In this document: positions 20,418-31,565 of the stretch, in pieces
How the letters are laid out: every line of letters starts with the position of its first letter
Position numbering within the stretch: position 1 is the first letter of the stretch
The notes under the pieces: generated by a model
The model's input: the letters and a program-made list of their open reading frames with translations, nothing else
The model's database searches: none
Told to the model about the DNA's origin: nothing
Translations under genes and position numbers: made by a program
From: Opitutales bacterium
GTDB lineage: Bacteria > Verrucomicrobiota > Verrucomicrobiia > Opitutales > PNEW01
Length of the DNA stretch: 64,000 nucleotides
NCBI GenBank assembly: GCA_965197745.1
Contig: CBDANS010000006.1
Coordinates: 352,001-416,000 of the forward strand
Direction of reading: 5' to 3'

Positions 20418-21416
20418 ATGATAAATTATATTCTGCGGCGCATCCTGAATATGATCCCGACTCTGATTCTTATCTCGATTTTCAGTTTTGTCGTTATTCA
20501 GGCTCCACCTGGAGATATGCTCACCTCAAAGCTGGCTCAATGGGCCGAGCAAGGTGAAATGGGATCGGGAGGTGCAGTAGAACAGATGGAAGCCCTGCGC
20601 GAACGCTATGGGTTGAATGATCCGATATTCGTTCAATATTTAAGATGGATAGGTAATATCATATTTCACTTGGATTTCGGGGAGTCATTCACTTATGAAT
20701 TGGATGTTATAATACTGCTGAAGGATCGGCTGGGACTTACCCTGATCCTTACCCTCACGACGCTTTTCTTCACCTGGCTGATCGCCATCCCGATAGGAAT
20801 TTTTTCCGCAACCCGGCCCTACACTTTCGGCGATTACAGTTTTACTTTTCTCGGTTTCATCGGTCTCGCAACGCCAAGTTTTCTCTTCGCGCTCGTCATC
20901 ATGTTTATACAAATCGTCGTCTTCGACACCGAGTCTGTAGGCGGTCTGCTTTCACCGGATTTTATTGGAGCTCCCTGGTCGATCGCTAAGATCGGCGACC
21001 TGCTTGCTCACATTTGGGTCCCCATCATTGTCATTGGAGCTGCTGGAACCGCAACCGTTATCCGCATCATGAGAGGGAATTTAATGGACACGCTTAATCA
21101 GCAACACATTCAAACCGGGCGGGCCAAGGGATTAAAAGAGCGCGTGGTAATTTATAAATACGCGGTGCGCATAGCTATCAACCCGCTGATCAGTAGAGTG
21201 GGAATTGAAATGCCCAATCTTTTATCGGGTACCGTGGTCACCGGTATTGTCCTGGGGCTGCCCACCGCGGGTCCCTTATTCCTCACCGCATTAATCTCTC
21301 AGGATATGCACCTCGCCGGGGCCTTCCTTCTTCTCTCGGCCACTTTTCTTCTCATCGGCAACCTTATGGCAGATATTGTCCTGGCCTGGCTTGACCCAAG
21401 GATTCGCTATGATTGA
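20418..21416 (+). CDS. Peptide/nickel ABC transporter permease (OppB/DppB-like)
   Basis: YILRRI, DFGESF, EAA loop TGRAKGLKE, DPRIRY end. Confidence 0.92.
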   Translation: MINYILRRILNMIPTLILISIFSFVVIQAPPGDMLTSKLAQWAEQGEMGSGGAVEQMEALRERYGLNDPIFVQYLRWIGNIIFHLDFGESFTYELDVIILLKDRLGLTLILTLTTLFFTWLIAIPIGIFSATRPYTFGDYSFTFLGFIGLATPSFLFALVIMFIQIVVFDTESVGGLLSPDFIGAPWSIAKIGDLLAHIWVPIIVIGAAGTATVIRIMRGNLMDTLNQQHIQTGRAKGLKERVVIYKYAVRIAINPLISRVGIEMPNLLSGTVVTGIVLGLPTAGPLFLTALISQDMHLAGAFLLLSATFLLIGNLMADIVLAWLDPRIRYD

Positions 21417-22566
21417 AGGTTCAGACAAAAATCACACACAGCCGTTACCCTCTCCTGTTTCTGAAGTAGTGGATAAAACGGGATCTACGGTCACCTATTC
21501 TCATCGCAAACTGATTTGGAGACGGTTCAAAAAGCATAAAATCGGAATTGCCGGTGGGTATGTCGTCCTCTTTCTCAGCCTCTGCTTTCTCTTCGCCGAA
21601 TTCTTGAGTCCCCATAATATCAGCAGACGCTATTTTAATTACACCTATTTACCGCCACAGAGCATTCATTTCTTTTCTTCGGATGGTTTTCAGATCCGCC
21701 CCTTTGTCTATGGGATCAAAAGTAGTTTAGAGAGCCAGACGGGCATTAAAAAATACACCGAAGATGCCACAAAAAAATATCCCCTTCATTTTTTAGTGCG
21801 TGGGGACACCTATTCTTTTTATGGATTGTTTAAATCCGATCTTCACCTGTTTGGAACCGGTAAGGGAAATCCACTCTTCCTCATGGGTACAGACCGATTC
21901 GGTCGAGACCTCTTTTCACGGCTACTGGTCGGGGGAAGGGTATCATTTACGGTGGGCCTGCTCGCAGTTTTTATCAGCATCGCACTTGGATCCAGTTTAG
22001 GTGTGATCTCTGGATATTATGGAGGAAGGATTGACAATATTATTCAGCGTATCATTGAACTCATATACGCCTTTCCACAGATTCCCATTCTTATGGCGCT
22101 TAGCGCTATATTGCCACCGGAATGGCCCTCCTATCTAACCTTCATGGGAATTGTTACTGTCCTTTCCTTCATTGGCTGGGGCAGTTTAGCCCGGGAAATA
22201 CGTGGCAAATCACTCTCCATCCGTGATTCCGATTTTGTGCTCGCCGCGCGTGTGTCAGGGGCTAAAGACCGACGCATTATTTTTAATCACCTTCTACCTT
22301 CGATGTTCAGTCACATAATTGTTATCTCCACCCTGGCCATTCCCGGTTTCATTCTCGCGGAGAGCACGCTGAGTTTTCTTGGCCTGGGTATTAAAGCCCC
22401 GATGACCAGCTGGGGCCTGCTTCTCTCAGAGGCAATGAATCTTCATTCCCTCAGTCTTTATCCGTGGCTCCTTGCCCCGGGAGCATGCATCATTATCGCT
22501 GTGCTTGCTTTCAACTTTCTCGGCGATGGGCTCCGCGACGCAACTGCTCCGTTCAGCGATAGTTAA
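21409..22566 (+). CDS. Peptide/nickel ABC transporter permease (OppC/DppC-like)
   Basis: GTDRFGRDLFSRL, FVLAARVSGA, ESTLSFLGLG, FNFLGDGLRDA. Confidence 0.92.
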   Translation: MIEGSDKNHTQPLPSPVSEVVDKTGSTVTYSHRKLIWRRFKKHKIGIAGGYVVLFLSLCFLFAEFLSPHNISRRYFNYTYLPPQSIHFFSSDGFQIRPFVYGIKSSLESQTGIKKYTEDATKKYPLHFLVRGDTYSFYGLFKSDLHLFGTGKGNPLFLMGTDRFGRDLFSRLLVGGRVSFTVGLLAVFISIALGSSLGVISGYYGGRIDNIIQRIIELIYAFPQIPILMALSAILPPEWPSYLTFMGIVTVLSFIGWGSLAREIRGKSLSIRDSDFVLAARVSGAKDRRIIFNHLLPSMFSHIIVISTLAIPGFILAESTLSFLGLGIKAPMTSWGLLLSEAMNLHSLSLYPWLLAPGACIIIAVLAFNFLGDGLRDATAPFSDS

Positions 22567-22600
22567 GATTATTTATAAGTGATTACCCGATAATTTATCA

Positions 22601-23617
22601 ATGGCGCATACAGATAACAGTTCATCACCGCTACTTAAGATTCAAAACCTGAAGACTTATTTCTACACCGATGACGGTATTGTTAAAGCCGTAGACGGTG
22701 TCTCGCTCACGATTGGAAGCCGGCAGACACTCGGTTTAGTCGGGGAAAGTGGTTGTGGAAAAAGCATAACCGCGTTTTCCATCATACAGCTTGTATCAAG
22801 CCCTCCCGGTAAAATTGAGGACGGGGAAATTCTTCTTTATGAGAACGGCAATCAATCGACACCGATTGACCTTATCCAACTCGATCCCAAAGGAGAGGCC
22901 ATAAGGGATATTCGTGGAAATGACATCGCGATGATCTTTCAGGAGCCAATGACCTCGCTTAGCCCTGTCCACACCGTAGGCAATCAAATAGGTGAAGCCA
23001 TTATTCTACATCAGAAAGTGGACAAAAATGAAGCTCGAGAGAGGACGATTGAAGTTCTTCGGAAAGTGCGCCTCCCCGACCCGGAAAATCTCGTGGATTC
23101 TTATCCCCACGAATTAAGTGGAGGAATGCGGCAACGCGCCATGATTGCGATGGCCCTTTCCTGTAATCCCAGGCTCCTCATTGCGGACGAACCTACGACT
23201 GCACTCGACGTCACGGTCCAAGCCCAAATTTTAGATTTAATGCAGCAGTTGAAAGAGGAAAGCGAGATGTCGATCATGCTCATTACTCATGATCTTGGCG
23301 TCGTCGCGAGAATGGCGGATTATGTCGCGGTGATGTACCTTGGGAAAATTGTCGAATACGGTGATGTCAGGACCATTCTGAAAAACCCAAAACATCCTTA
23401 CACCCGGGGATTATTAAAATCGATACCACAAATTGGACAAAAGGAGCGGCTGGTTCCAATCGAAGGGACCGTTCCCGATCCTTATGAATCTATTGTCGGT
23501 TGTTCATTTGCAGCCCGTTGCCCCTACGCGATGGAGAAATGTCGTCAAGTCCCCCCTTTAGAGGAGATTAAACCGGGTCATTCAGTAAGCTGTTGGTTAG
23601 AAAATAAGGATGAATAA
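22601..23617 (+). CDS. Peptide ABC transporter ATPase (OppD/DppD-like)
   Basis: [26 protein letters not shown]-terminal Cys cluster. Confidence 0.93.
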   Translation: MAHTDNSSSPLLKIQNLKTYFYTDDGIVKAVDGVSLTIGSRQTLGLVGESGCGKSITAFSIIQLVSSPPGKIEDGEILLYENGNQSTPIDLIQLDPKGEAIRDIRGNDIAMIFQEPMTSLSPVHTVGNQIGEAIILHQKVDKNEARERTIEVLRKVRLPDPENLVDSYPHELSGGMRQRAMIAMALSCNPRLLIADEPTTALDVTVQAQILDLMQQLKEESEMSIMLITHDLGVVARMADYVAVMYLGKIVEYGDVRTILKNPKHPYTRGLLKSIPQIGQKERLVPIEGTVPDPYESIVGCSFAARCPYAMEKCRQVPPLEEIKPGHSVSCWLENKDE

Positions 23618-24647
23618 AATGGCCAAGAGTGAATCCTCAAAAATTGAGGATCTTTTACTTGAAGTAACTGATCTTAAAACTTATTTCCCTGTCAAAAAGG
23701 GTATTTGGCGACGAATTGTCGGTCAGGTAAAAGCGGTAGATGGCGTCAGCTTGACTCTGGGAAAAGGAGAAACTCTCGGACTGGTGGGAGAAAGCGGGTG
23801 CGGTAAAACAACACTGGGACGCTCTCTCATCCGGCTGATAGAACCAACAGAGGGAAAAATAATTTTTCATCATGATGAAGCCATAGTCGACCTGCGAAAA
23901 CTTGACAAGGAGGCGATGCGAAATTTCCGGCGCCATCTTCAATATATATTTCAGGACCCCTTTTCATCGCTTAACCCGCGCATGACGGTATTCGATATCG
24001 TAGCTGAACCCCTGATTATAAACAGGGTAGCTTCGGGGTCGGAGCTTGATGACAGAGTGGAACAGCTTTTATTGCATGTTGGATTGAATGCTGAACATCA
24101 ACGGCGTTATCCCCATGCGTTCAGCGGTGGTCAGCGACAGCGCATTGGCATTGCTCGAGCCCTCGCTCTCACTCCAAGCCTCATCATCGCAGACGAACCC
24201 GTCTCCGCGCTGGATGTCTCGATCCAGGCACAGGTTATTAACTTAATGGACGATCTACAGGATGAGTTTAATCTTACCTACCTTTTCGTCGCCCATGATC
24301 TGAGCGTTGTCGAACACATCAGTGACCGCATCGCCGTTATGTATCTGGGTGAAATAGTTGAAATTGCCCCTGCCGATCGCCTTTATCAAAGGCCTCTGCA
24401 CCCTTATACCTCGACCCTCTTATCAGCAGTGCCTTCGGTCGATCCCGATCAACAACCTGCCCGTCAGTCCGTCGAAGGCGACGTCCCCAATCCCGCTAAC
24501 GCCCCCAGTGGTTGTAAATTTCACCCCCGCTGTCCTTATGCCCAGGATATCTGCCGTATTGAGAATCCCTCATTGCTTGAGATCGAATCTGATCATAAGG
24601 CAAGCTGCCACTTTGCCGGCGAGCTCAATTTTGAAGAAGAAGGCTAA
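23610..24647 (+). CDS. Peptide ABC transporter ATPase (OppF/DppF-like)
   Basis: [32 protein letters not shown]. Confidence 0.93.
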   Translation: MNKMAKSESSKIEDLLLEVTDLKTYFPVKKGIWRRIVGQVKAVDGVSLTLGKGETLGLVGESGCGKTTLGRSLIRLIEPTEGKIIFHHDEAIVDLRKLDKEAMRNFRRHLQYIFQDPFSSLNPRMTVFDIVAEPLIINRVASGSELDDRVEQLLLHVGLNAEHQRRYPHAFSGGQRQRIGIARALALTPSLIIADEPVSALDVSIQAQVINLMDDLQDEFNLTYLFVAHDLSVVEHISDRIAVMYLGEIVEIAPADRLYQRPLHPYTSTLLSAVPSVDPDQQPARQSVEGDVPNPANAPSGCKFHPRCPYAQDICRIENPSLLEIESDHKASCHFAGELNFEEEG

Positions 24648-24671
24648 GCTGCGACGAAATATTACTTCACC

Positions 24672-27182
24672 CTATTTTCTATTGAGAGAATAAATAGTAA
24701 GTCGATCCAGGGATTTACTTTTCACCGGAATTATAAAACTGGCAATATACCCCAGGCAAAAACATAGCATGAATCCAATGGCCGAATAGAGGAAAATATT
24801 TACCTCGGTGTATGTCTTGATTAAGAAAAGAATAATTGCACTACCAATCGCGCCTACGAGCGCACCGGGACCATTAGACCGCCGCGTAAATATGCCCAAA
24901 GCAAAAAGACCTCCGAGACCACTTCCGATGAGACCAAGCATGGAAACGAAGAAAAGGGTCACTGATTTTATGTCCATGGTGGCAAACATTATCGCGACAA
25001 TAGTGGCAAAAGCTCCAACCGCTAAGGTAACTAAACGAGCCAGATTCAAGGATCTGTTTTCCGATTTTGATGGGATTAATCGCTGGTAAAAATCCGTTAC
25101 TACCGCGGTGGCAATCGAGTTCATACCACTATCTAGAGTGGACATTGAGACGGCAAAGATTGCTGCAATTACAAGTCCCGCTAAACCAATAGGAATTTTC
25201 TGGGTAATGAACAGCGGATAAATGGCATCATTTTGCATACCCAGGTCGAGAGCGGCAGGGTTACTTTTATAGTAAACATAAAGAGCGGAACCCACGGCGT
25301 ATAAGATAAAGGTTATGGGAAAGACAAGAATGGCATTCATCCATAAACTTTTAGCCGCGGTTTCTTCATCAGTAGTCGTAAGGTAACGTTGGACTATTGC
25401 CTGGTCGGAGGAATAAGCGACAAGCGCTCCGAACGTTGAACCGATTAACATTACCCAGGTATTTCTCATGTCTGAAATGTCACCATCAAGATAAAGCATG
25501 CGAAATTTATCGTCAGCGATACTGGTTTTGATGAAACCGCTGATCCCGCCTTCAATATAAAAGGGGATGATGATCAGGGTAATGACCGCACCAAGAATGA
25601 GAACTACAGCTTGTATAACATCGGTCCATATCACGGCTTCAATACCTCCCAAAACGGTGTAAAAGGTGCTCAACACTCCCATCGAGAGAATGCATACATA
25701 TATATTTAAACCGGTTATGGTGGAAAGTGCGATAGACGGTAAATACAGCACCATGCTGGTTCGCACTAATTGATACAGGATAAACTGCGCGCTACCGTAT
25801 AAACGCACGAAATAATTAAACCGGTATTCGAGGTACTCATAAGCGGTGGTCAAATTCAATCGGCGAAAAAACGGCAGATAGAAAAAAATAATAAATATAG
25901 GGATGAGGGCAAAACAGAGCTTTTGCGGGTACATAAACCAGTCCACGGAATAAACAAGCGCAGGTTGAGAAAAAAAAGTATCCCCACTGAATATCGTGGC
26001 CACAATGCTGAATCCAGCGGCCCACCAGGGGATACGATGTCCGGCCAGAAAGTAGTCTTCCGTTTTCTTCTCTCGTCTGACAAAATAGAAGCCCATGTAA
26101 ACGAGCGCTATCATGTAGAGACCTAAAAAAGCGTAATTTACAAAACCGAAGTCGGCGTTAGCCCCGGCCTCGTGGATCATAACCTGAATCGCACCCGTAC
26201 TTTTTCCAGGACTTATTTCTCCGTTAGGGATGACCACGCCGCCATTCCATGAAACCGCGTTTGTCATAAGTACACCTTGCGGCATTTCCCCTTCTTTTAT
26301 CCACGTGTCAGTAATGGTATGGTAAACTAACAGGTCTTTAGAGAAGGCTGAATCCAATTGATTTTCGAATGATCCGCCGAAGATGATGAGGTGGGATTGG
26401 CCAAATGCAATGTGGGGTGCAGCAGATACAGGTTGTGGCGCATCTTTTATCGGAACCCATTGTTTTTTAAAGGGATAATAGCGGTAGCCGTCCCTCACCG
26501 CAATCATCTCAATTTCGCCATTGTCTTTGAACTTCAGTTCATCGCCTCCGATGAGATAAAAATAATGATCTCGACTGATGTTTTGCCTTACCGCGACCGC
26601 ATTTTTTCGGGCTGAACCGGGCCACGGTTCCAGTTTTTTCCATCCGGCCTCAAGATCTTTTAAGTCCAAGACCCAAAAATTCTTCAACAACGCTAAAGGA
26701 TTCGTCACATCCTGACCTCCAACAAGGTAGAGGGTATCGCCAATAATGTCAGCAGCAGTATAGGCCACAGGCCCGGGCAAAGATGGTAACGGTTCCTGTT
26801 CAATTTTTTGTGTCGATGAATTCCATCTAAGACGAAGAACATCAGTATAACTTCTCTCTGCATCGCGTCCTCCAATGACAATCAAGCTGTCACCGGTACT
26901 AACCGATGCACCGTAAGCAAGGGGTCGGGGCAACTTGAAACCGGTTAACCAAGCTTCATTTTCATTACTCGTCTTCGGCAGCACATAGATAGCATCATGC
27001 CAGCTGTGCCCGTTCCCCTCTCCCAGGGAACTTTCAGAAAAATCCACTCCACCTGCGACGATTAATGTGCCATTACTCACACCGGCATAGGTTCCAGATA
27101 GACCAGCTGGAGCAGGTAACTCGGTTAGTCTTTCCCAGCGAATGACCTCTTGCTGTGGGGTACTACTTAAACTACACCCCAC
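24672..27182 (-). CDS. Kelch/NanM-like beta-propeller fused to a sodium:solute symporter (SiaT-like); the true N-terminus probably extends upstream
   Basis: Kelch repeats (LIVAGG, LIVIGG, LYLVGG, YLIGG, IIFGG) then SSS motifs DYFLAG-IPWWA, TAYEYLEYRF, GGIEAVIWTD, QAIVQRY, MSTLDSG. Confidence 0.88.
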   Translation of the reverse strand: MGCSLSSTPQQEVIRWERLTELPAPAGLSGTYAGVSNGTLIVAGGVDFSESSLGEGNGHSWHDAIYVLPKTSNENEAWLTGFKLPRPLAYGASVSTGDSLIVIGGRDAERSYTDVLRLRWNSSTQKIEQEPLPSLPGPVAYTAADIIGDTLYLVGGQDVTNPLALLKNFWVLDLKDLEAGWKKLEPWPGSARKNAVAVRQNISRDHYFYLIGGDELKFKDNGEIEMIAVRDGYRYYPFKKQWVPIKDAPQPVSAAPHIAFGQSHLIIFGGSFENQLDSAFSKDLLVYHTITDTWIKEGEMPQGVLMTNAVSWNGGVVIPNGEISPGKSTGAIQVMIHEAGANADFGFVNYAFLGLYMIALVYMGFYFVRREKKTEDYFLAGHRIPWWAAGFSIVATIFSGDTFFSQPALVYSVDWFMYPQKLCFALIPIFIIFFYLPFFRRLNLTTAYEYLEYRFNYFVRLYGSAQFILYQLVRTSMVLYLPSIALSTITGLNIYVCILSMGVLSTFYTVLGGIEAVIWTDVIQAVVLILGAVITLIIIPFYIEGGISGFIKTSIADDKFRMLYLDGDISDMRNTWVMLIGSTFGALVAYSSDQAIVQRYLTTTDEETAAKSLWMNAILVFPITFILYAVGSALYVYYKSNPAALDLGMQNDAIYPLFITQKIPIGLAGLVIAAIFAVSMSTLDSGMNSIATAVVTDFYQRLIPSKSENRSLNLARLVTLAVGAFATIVAIMFATMDIKSVTLFFVSMLGLIGSGLGGLFALGIFTRRSNGPGALVGAIGSAIILFLIKTYTEVNIFLYSAIGFMLCFCLGYIASFIIPVKSKSLDRLTIYSLNRK

Positions 27183-27390
27183 TAATCCGCTTAAAGATAA
27201 AACAATAAAAATATACTTCAGCAGATTAATATTTAATACCCGTTAAGTTTGCGCGGATTGTTCGACATTAATTTCTCCATTAGATTAAATCATAACGGTT
27301 AAAATGCTACCCTTTTTTAGTTGCTGACAACTGCCAGGGGTGAGCGTGTATAGATTGGATCAATTGGGAACTCAATGCAATCCATTGAAC

Positions 27391-28254
27391 CTACTCCGTG
27401 CTTTCAAGTGCCGGACTCTCTTGAGTATCGCTATTGTCGGTACCTCTATCAACCGCGTCTTCGTCCCCCTCATAAAACGCTTCGTCATCGAAGAACAGAT
27501 CATCTTCAAGCATAAATTCAATGGGTGGATTGCCATCGTGAATTTCAAATAACCTGTTATCACGGTAGGCTTCACGAACATAGATATAACGGTCGATGGC
27601 GGATTCATCGATGGTCTTAATGGTATCGATATGCCTTGCTCTGGTATTTAAAGATCCCGTCAAGCCAAGGGCAATTCTTACATCATTCTCATTGATGAAT
27701 ATGAGCGGATTTGTAATTGAACTGACAAACCGACTGGGTAAATCCCTAAGCGTAGTCGGTCCTGTCAATGGTATAACAAGATAAGGACCTTCCCCGAATC
27801 CCCATACAGCAAGGGTCTGGCCAAAATCTTCATGGTGCTTTTCCAAACCCATTGAGGTTCCTACGTCAATAATGCCTCCAATTCCTAAAGTTGAATTTAC
27901 GATAAAACGGAGGGAATCCGATACCCCAATATTCAGTTTACCCTGTAATAAATCGTTAACAATGACATTGGGTTCTCCCAGATTACTAAAAAAGTTCGAA
28001 ACCCCAGATTGTACCGGCTGGGGAATGACTTTAACATAAGTTTCCGCAACGGGTTTTAGAATAGCCGTGTCTAATGTATGATTCAAATTATGTATCGGCC
28101 GGTTGATCTTCTCAAGCGGATCACGGTTCTCTTTCACCTGTGCCGTGGTAGCGCAACCCGTGATATAAAAAACCAAAAAGAATAAGAATAATGAAAGAAG
28201 AGTGGAACGATAGAGTTGCCGACCGCCTTCTATGCAACGATTATAACCATACAT
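27391..28254 (-). CDS. mlaA: MlaA/VacJ-family lipoprotein
   Basis: Lipobox ITGC, DPLEKINR, NFFSNL, RFIVNSTLGIGG, EDFGQTLAVWG-GPYLVIP-GPTTLRD. Confidence 0.9.
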   Translation of the reverse strand: MYGYNRCIEGGRQLYRSTLLSLFLFFLVFYITGCATTAQVKENRDPLEKINRPIHNLNHTLDTAILKPVAETYVKVIPQPVQSGVSNFFSNLGEPNVIVNDLLQGKLNIGVSDSLRFIVNSTLGIGGIIDVGTSMGLEKHHEDFGQTLAVWGFGEGPYLVIPLTGPTTLRDLPSRFVSSITNPLIFINENDVRIALGLTGSLNTRARHIDTIKTIDESAIDRYIYVREAYRDNRLFEIHDGNPPIEFMLEDDLFFDDEAFYEGDEDAVDRGTDNSDTQESPALESTE

Positions 28255-28312
28255 GGCGTATAAAAATAGAGGGTAAATAAATTAAGTAATGCCAATAACT
28301 GTTAATGATTGT

Positions 28313-29002
28313 TTATGTCCCTTCTTCTTCCTGCTTTTGCCGGACTTCTTCGACTTTTTCCGTCAATTTAACCAGTAACGATTCGAAACCCTCTTTTTCA
28401 ATAATACTCGTAAACTCCGCCCTTTTCAGCGCAAGGTCGCTAACTCCTTTAACCAGGATATTGACGATTTGCCAATTGTTCTCAAATTGGCGTAATACGT
28501 AGTTAAAACGTGTAGAATCTACTCCATTCCCCCAGTAGAGATCAGAGATCAAAATAACGTTCCCTCGTTGCAGATTTTCTTCTGATACGAATTCGAAATA
28601 TTCGCCCTTATATTTCTTAAACATGGATGCGTAGCGGGAAACTACCACACTGCTGAATTTATCGACAAATAATTTTTTTTCTTCCTCGCTCAAATCTCTC
28701 CAGTATCGACCAACCGTCAAACGTGCGATGTAGGTAATCTGGTGCGTGTTCTTGATGACTGGCTCAAGCCGGTCATAGCGTCCCGCGTAGAGGATCTCGG
28801 GCCCTTCTTTCATAATATCGATCAATGTCGACTGCAATTCATCGACGACAGCGCTGGGATCTTCATTCGACTGCGCATGAAGAGAAGTATGGAATAATAT
28901 ACTCGTGAAGAGACAGATCAGCGGTAAAAAAACAGGCCAGAGAGTCGAAAGATTATGGTCATGATTTGACCTGTCATTTAAATATTCTAAAGATTTGCGC
29001 AC
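28313..29002 (-). CDS. hpnM: Hopanoid-associated MlaC/Ttg2D-family protein HpnM
   Basis: YAGRYDRLEPVI, ARLTVGRYW, WQIVNILVKGVSDLALKRAEF; located in the hpn cluster. Confidence 0.75.
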   Translation of the reverse strand: MRKSLEYLNDRSNHDHNLSTLWPVFLPLICLFTSILFHTSLHAQSNEDPSAVVDELQSTLIDIMKEGPEILYAGRYDRLEPVIKNTHQITYIARLTVGRYWRDLSEEEKKLFVDKFSSVVVSRYASMFKKYKGEYFEFVSEENLQRGNVILISDLYWGNGVDSTRFNYVLRQFENNWQIVNILVKGVSDLALKRAEFTSIIEKEGFESLLVKLTEKVEEVRQKQEEEGT

Positions 29003-29138
29003 CTTCTAGCTTTTTTTATTTTTAAAAACATTTATATCTATAGGAGTAATAATTAAAGCAAATATTCGATCATATAATTACACATGACAATTTTGTAATG
29101 AATATTTTATATTTAATTCATAAATGGAATATTTCATT

Positions 29139-30261
29139 TCATTTAATAACGATGGATTTATAGACTCTGCTTTTCCATTGAGATCGTACCCCCTTCCAAT
29201 AGCGTAAAGCTGAGTGCCAAGTATAAGAGCCCAATTAAGGGCAATGAAAATGCCCAGATCTTTGATCTATGATAAAAATTAAGGGTTGGTAAATAAGTTA
29301 AAAGCATGCCCAGCAAAGCACCGACAGCGAGATACCGAGCAAGCCCTGAAGAAGTAACGAGGATAACGATGGGGACGAAATAGACTAAAACCATGAATGC
29401 GGAAGTCAGGAGTAATAAAACGACCGAATAGCGCAATTGGGTAAAAGCAGTACGTGCTACCATATCCCAAATATCCTGTAAGTTCCGGTATGGTCGAACA
29501 CTACGAACCGATTGAGTTAATCCAATCCATGTTCTATAACCTGATGATTTAACTCGAGAAGCAAGGGAGCAATCGTCGATCAATTCACCTTTAATCGATT
29601 CAAAACCATTAACATTTTCTAATATGGCTGTTTTCATAAGAATACACCCACCGGCAGCGGCAGCCACCCTGGAAGTCGGTGAATTGGCCAACCTGAAGGG
29701 ATACAGTAGTTTGAAGAAATAGACAAAGGCGGGCATTAATAGTTTCTCCCAATAGCTTAACATCGAAGGTGTTACCATCAAGGACATGAAATGTATGTCC
29801 TTATTAATCAAGGTCTCCCGCATTTTATTAACAACTCCCGGGCCCAGTTCAATGTCGGCATCCAGCAATACCGTATAATCCGTATTTATCTCTTTACGCC
29901 CTTGTTCCAAGGCCCAGAGTTTACCCACCCATCCTTCAGGTAGTGGCTGACCGCTTATGATTAGCATGCCTTCTCCGACTTCATTTCGAGCGATGTCAGC
30001 TGTCCCATCCGTTGATTCATCATCAACGAGTATAATATTTATCCCGCTCCCCTGATTGATGACAGATTGAAGCGTGCGTTTAATTACAGCTGTTTCATTG
30101 CGGGCGGGGATAAGTACAGTAACGTCCCCCAGTTCCGGATCAATTTCTGATTCCTGTGCATAAAATATCTCGCCTGTTTTCCATGGTTGCCAGGGTAATA
30201 ATAAAATAACGAACCAAATAAGCAGGGCACTTCCCGCGAGAATAAATGTAAAAGTCTCCAT
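29139..30261 (-). CDS. hpnB: Hopene-associated GT2 glycosyltransferase HpnB, frameshifted near the 3' end (annotated stop at 29158)
   Basis: IPARNE, VDDEST, GWVGKLWAL, DADI, LMPAFVYFFKLLYPF, AAAAGGC, IDDC, WDMVARTAFTQL; the expected tail SALRYWKG...WKSRVY lies in another frame. Confidence 0.8.
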
Positions 30262-30474
30262 CTTGAAAAATAGAATTGATCATTGAACGATCCCTTATGG
30301 TTAGACAAGGATTTGTAGATAAAATCCTAAACTACCTGAGATGAGAATGAGATACTATGCTTATTTATGCAAGGTCCCGTTAGCATTGCTATGCAGTGTC
30401 ACCCTCACCAAATTTTCCCTGGGAAGACTTTTGTCCCCTTTACTCAATGGCAATTGTAATTTGGCCTGGAACGA

Positions 30475-31539
30475 CTAATTAGACTCCACCCCATATTGGA
30501 TGGGAAGTTCCGGAGCCATCGGACCCTCTGTCCTGGGACCCTGAATAAATTTTCTTAATGCTTTAATTGGATGGGCAAAGGTGTCGTTAACAGCAGTGGG
30601 CTCATAACCACAATGGGCCATACAATTAGCACAGCTGGGGTTTTTTCCGGTACCGTATTTATCCCAATTGGTATCTTCCATTAACGACTTAAAATCAGGT
30701 GCGTAACCCTCATCTACCAATAAGTAACAGGGGCGTTGCCACCCAAAAACATTGCGCGTTGGATTTCCCCATGGAGTACAATGATAGGTTTCATTACCTG
30801 CGAGAAATTCAAGAAACAGTGTGGAATGATTAAGTCTCCATTTCCTACCCACACCATTTTTAAATATATCTCTAAAAAGTTGCTTACTCGCATTGCGCTG
30901 CATGAAAACTTCCTGTTGCGGTGCGTGATCATAACTGAATCCGGGTGACATCGTCACGCCTTCGATACCCAGGGTCATTACATAATCGAGGAACTCAGCT
31001 ACTTCAACTCCCGTTTCCCCCTGAAATAGGGTACAGTTAATATTGACACGAAAACCTTTACCAACCGCCAGTTTTATCGCGTCTACCGCCTGGTCAAAGA
31101 CACCCGTCTTGCAAACGGAGGTGTCATGCCGTGCTCGGTTACCATCTAGATGGATAGAAAAAGTCAAATAAGGCGAGGGGGTGTAATCATCTATGCGCTT
31201 TTTAAGCAGCACCGCATTGGTACATAAATAAACAAATTTCTTCTTTTTAATAAAACCACTTACAATATCGGGTAATTCTTTATGTACGAGGGGTTCTCCT
31301 CCGGCAATTGAGATGATGGGGGCTCCGCATTCGTCGATCGCTTCCATACATTCTTTAACCGACATGCGACGGTTGAGAATTTCGTCGGGATAATCTATCT
31401 TACCGCACCCGGCACATGCAAGATTGCAACGGAAGAGCGGTTCGAGCATTAGAACCAGCGGATACCGTTTCTCACGACGGAGTTTCTTACTTATAATATA
31501 ACGTGCTACGCTATATTGTTGACGCAGTGGTACACCCAT
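30475..31539 (-). CDS. hpnH: Adenosyl-hopene transferase, radical SAM
   Basis: YPLVLMLEPLFRCNLACAGCGKI, CTPWG, GWQRPCYLL, CANCMAHCGYE. Confidence 0.95.
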   Translation of the reverse strand: MGVPLRQQYSVARYIISKKLRREKRYPLVLMLEPLFRCNLACAGCGKIDYPDEILNRRMSVKECMEAIDECGAPIISIAGGEPLVHKELPDIVSGFIKKKKFVYLCTNAVLLKKRIDDYTPSPYLTFSIHLDGNRARHDTSVCKTGVFDQAVDAIKLAVGKGFRVNINCTLFQGETGVEVAEFLDYVMTLGIEGVTMSPGFSYDHAPQQEVFMQRNASKQLFRDIFKNGVGRKWRLNHSTLFLEFLAGNETYHCTPWGNPTRNVFGWQRPCYLLVDEGYAPDFKSLMEDTNWDKYGTGKNPSCANCMAHCGYEPTAVNDTFAHPIKALRKFIQGPRTEGPMAPELPIQYGVESN

Positions 31540-31565
31540 TTTTTTTACCTTATTTTGCCATGAAC

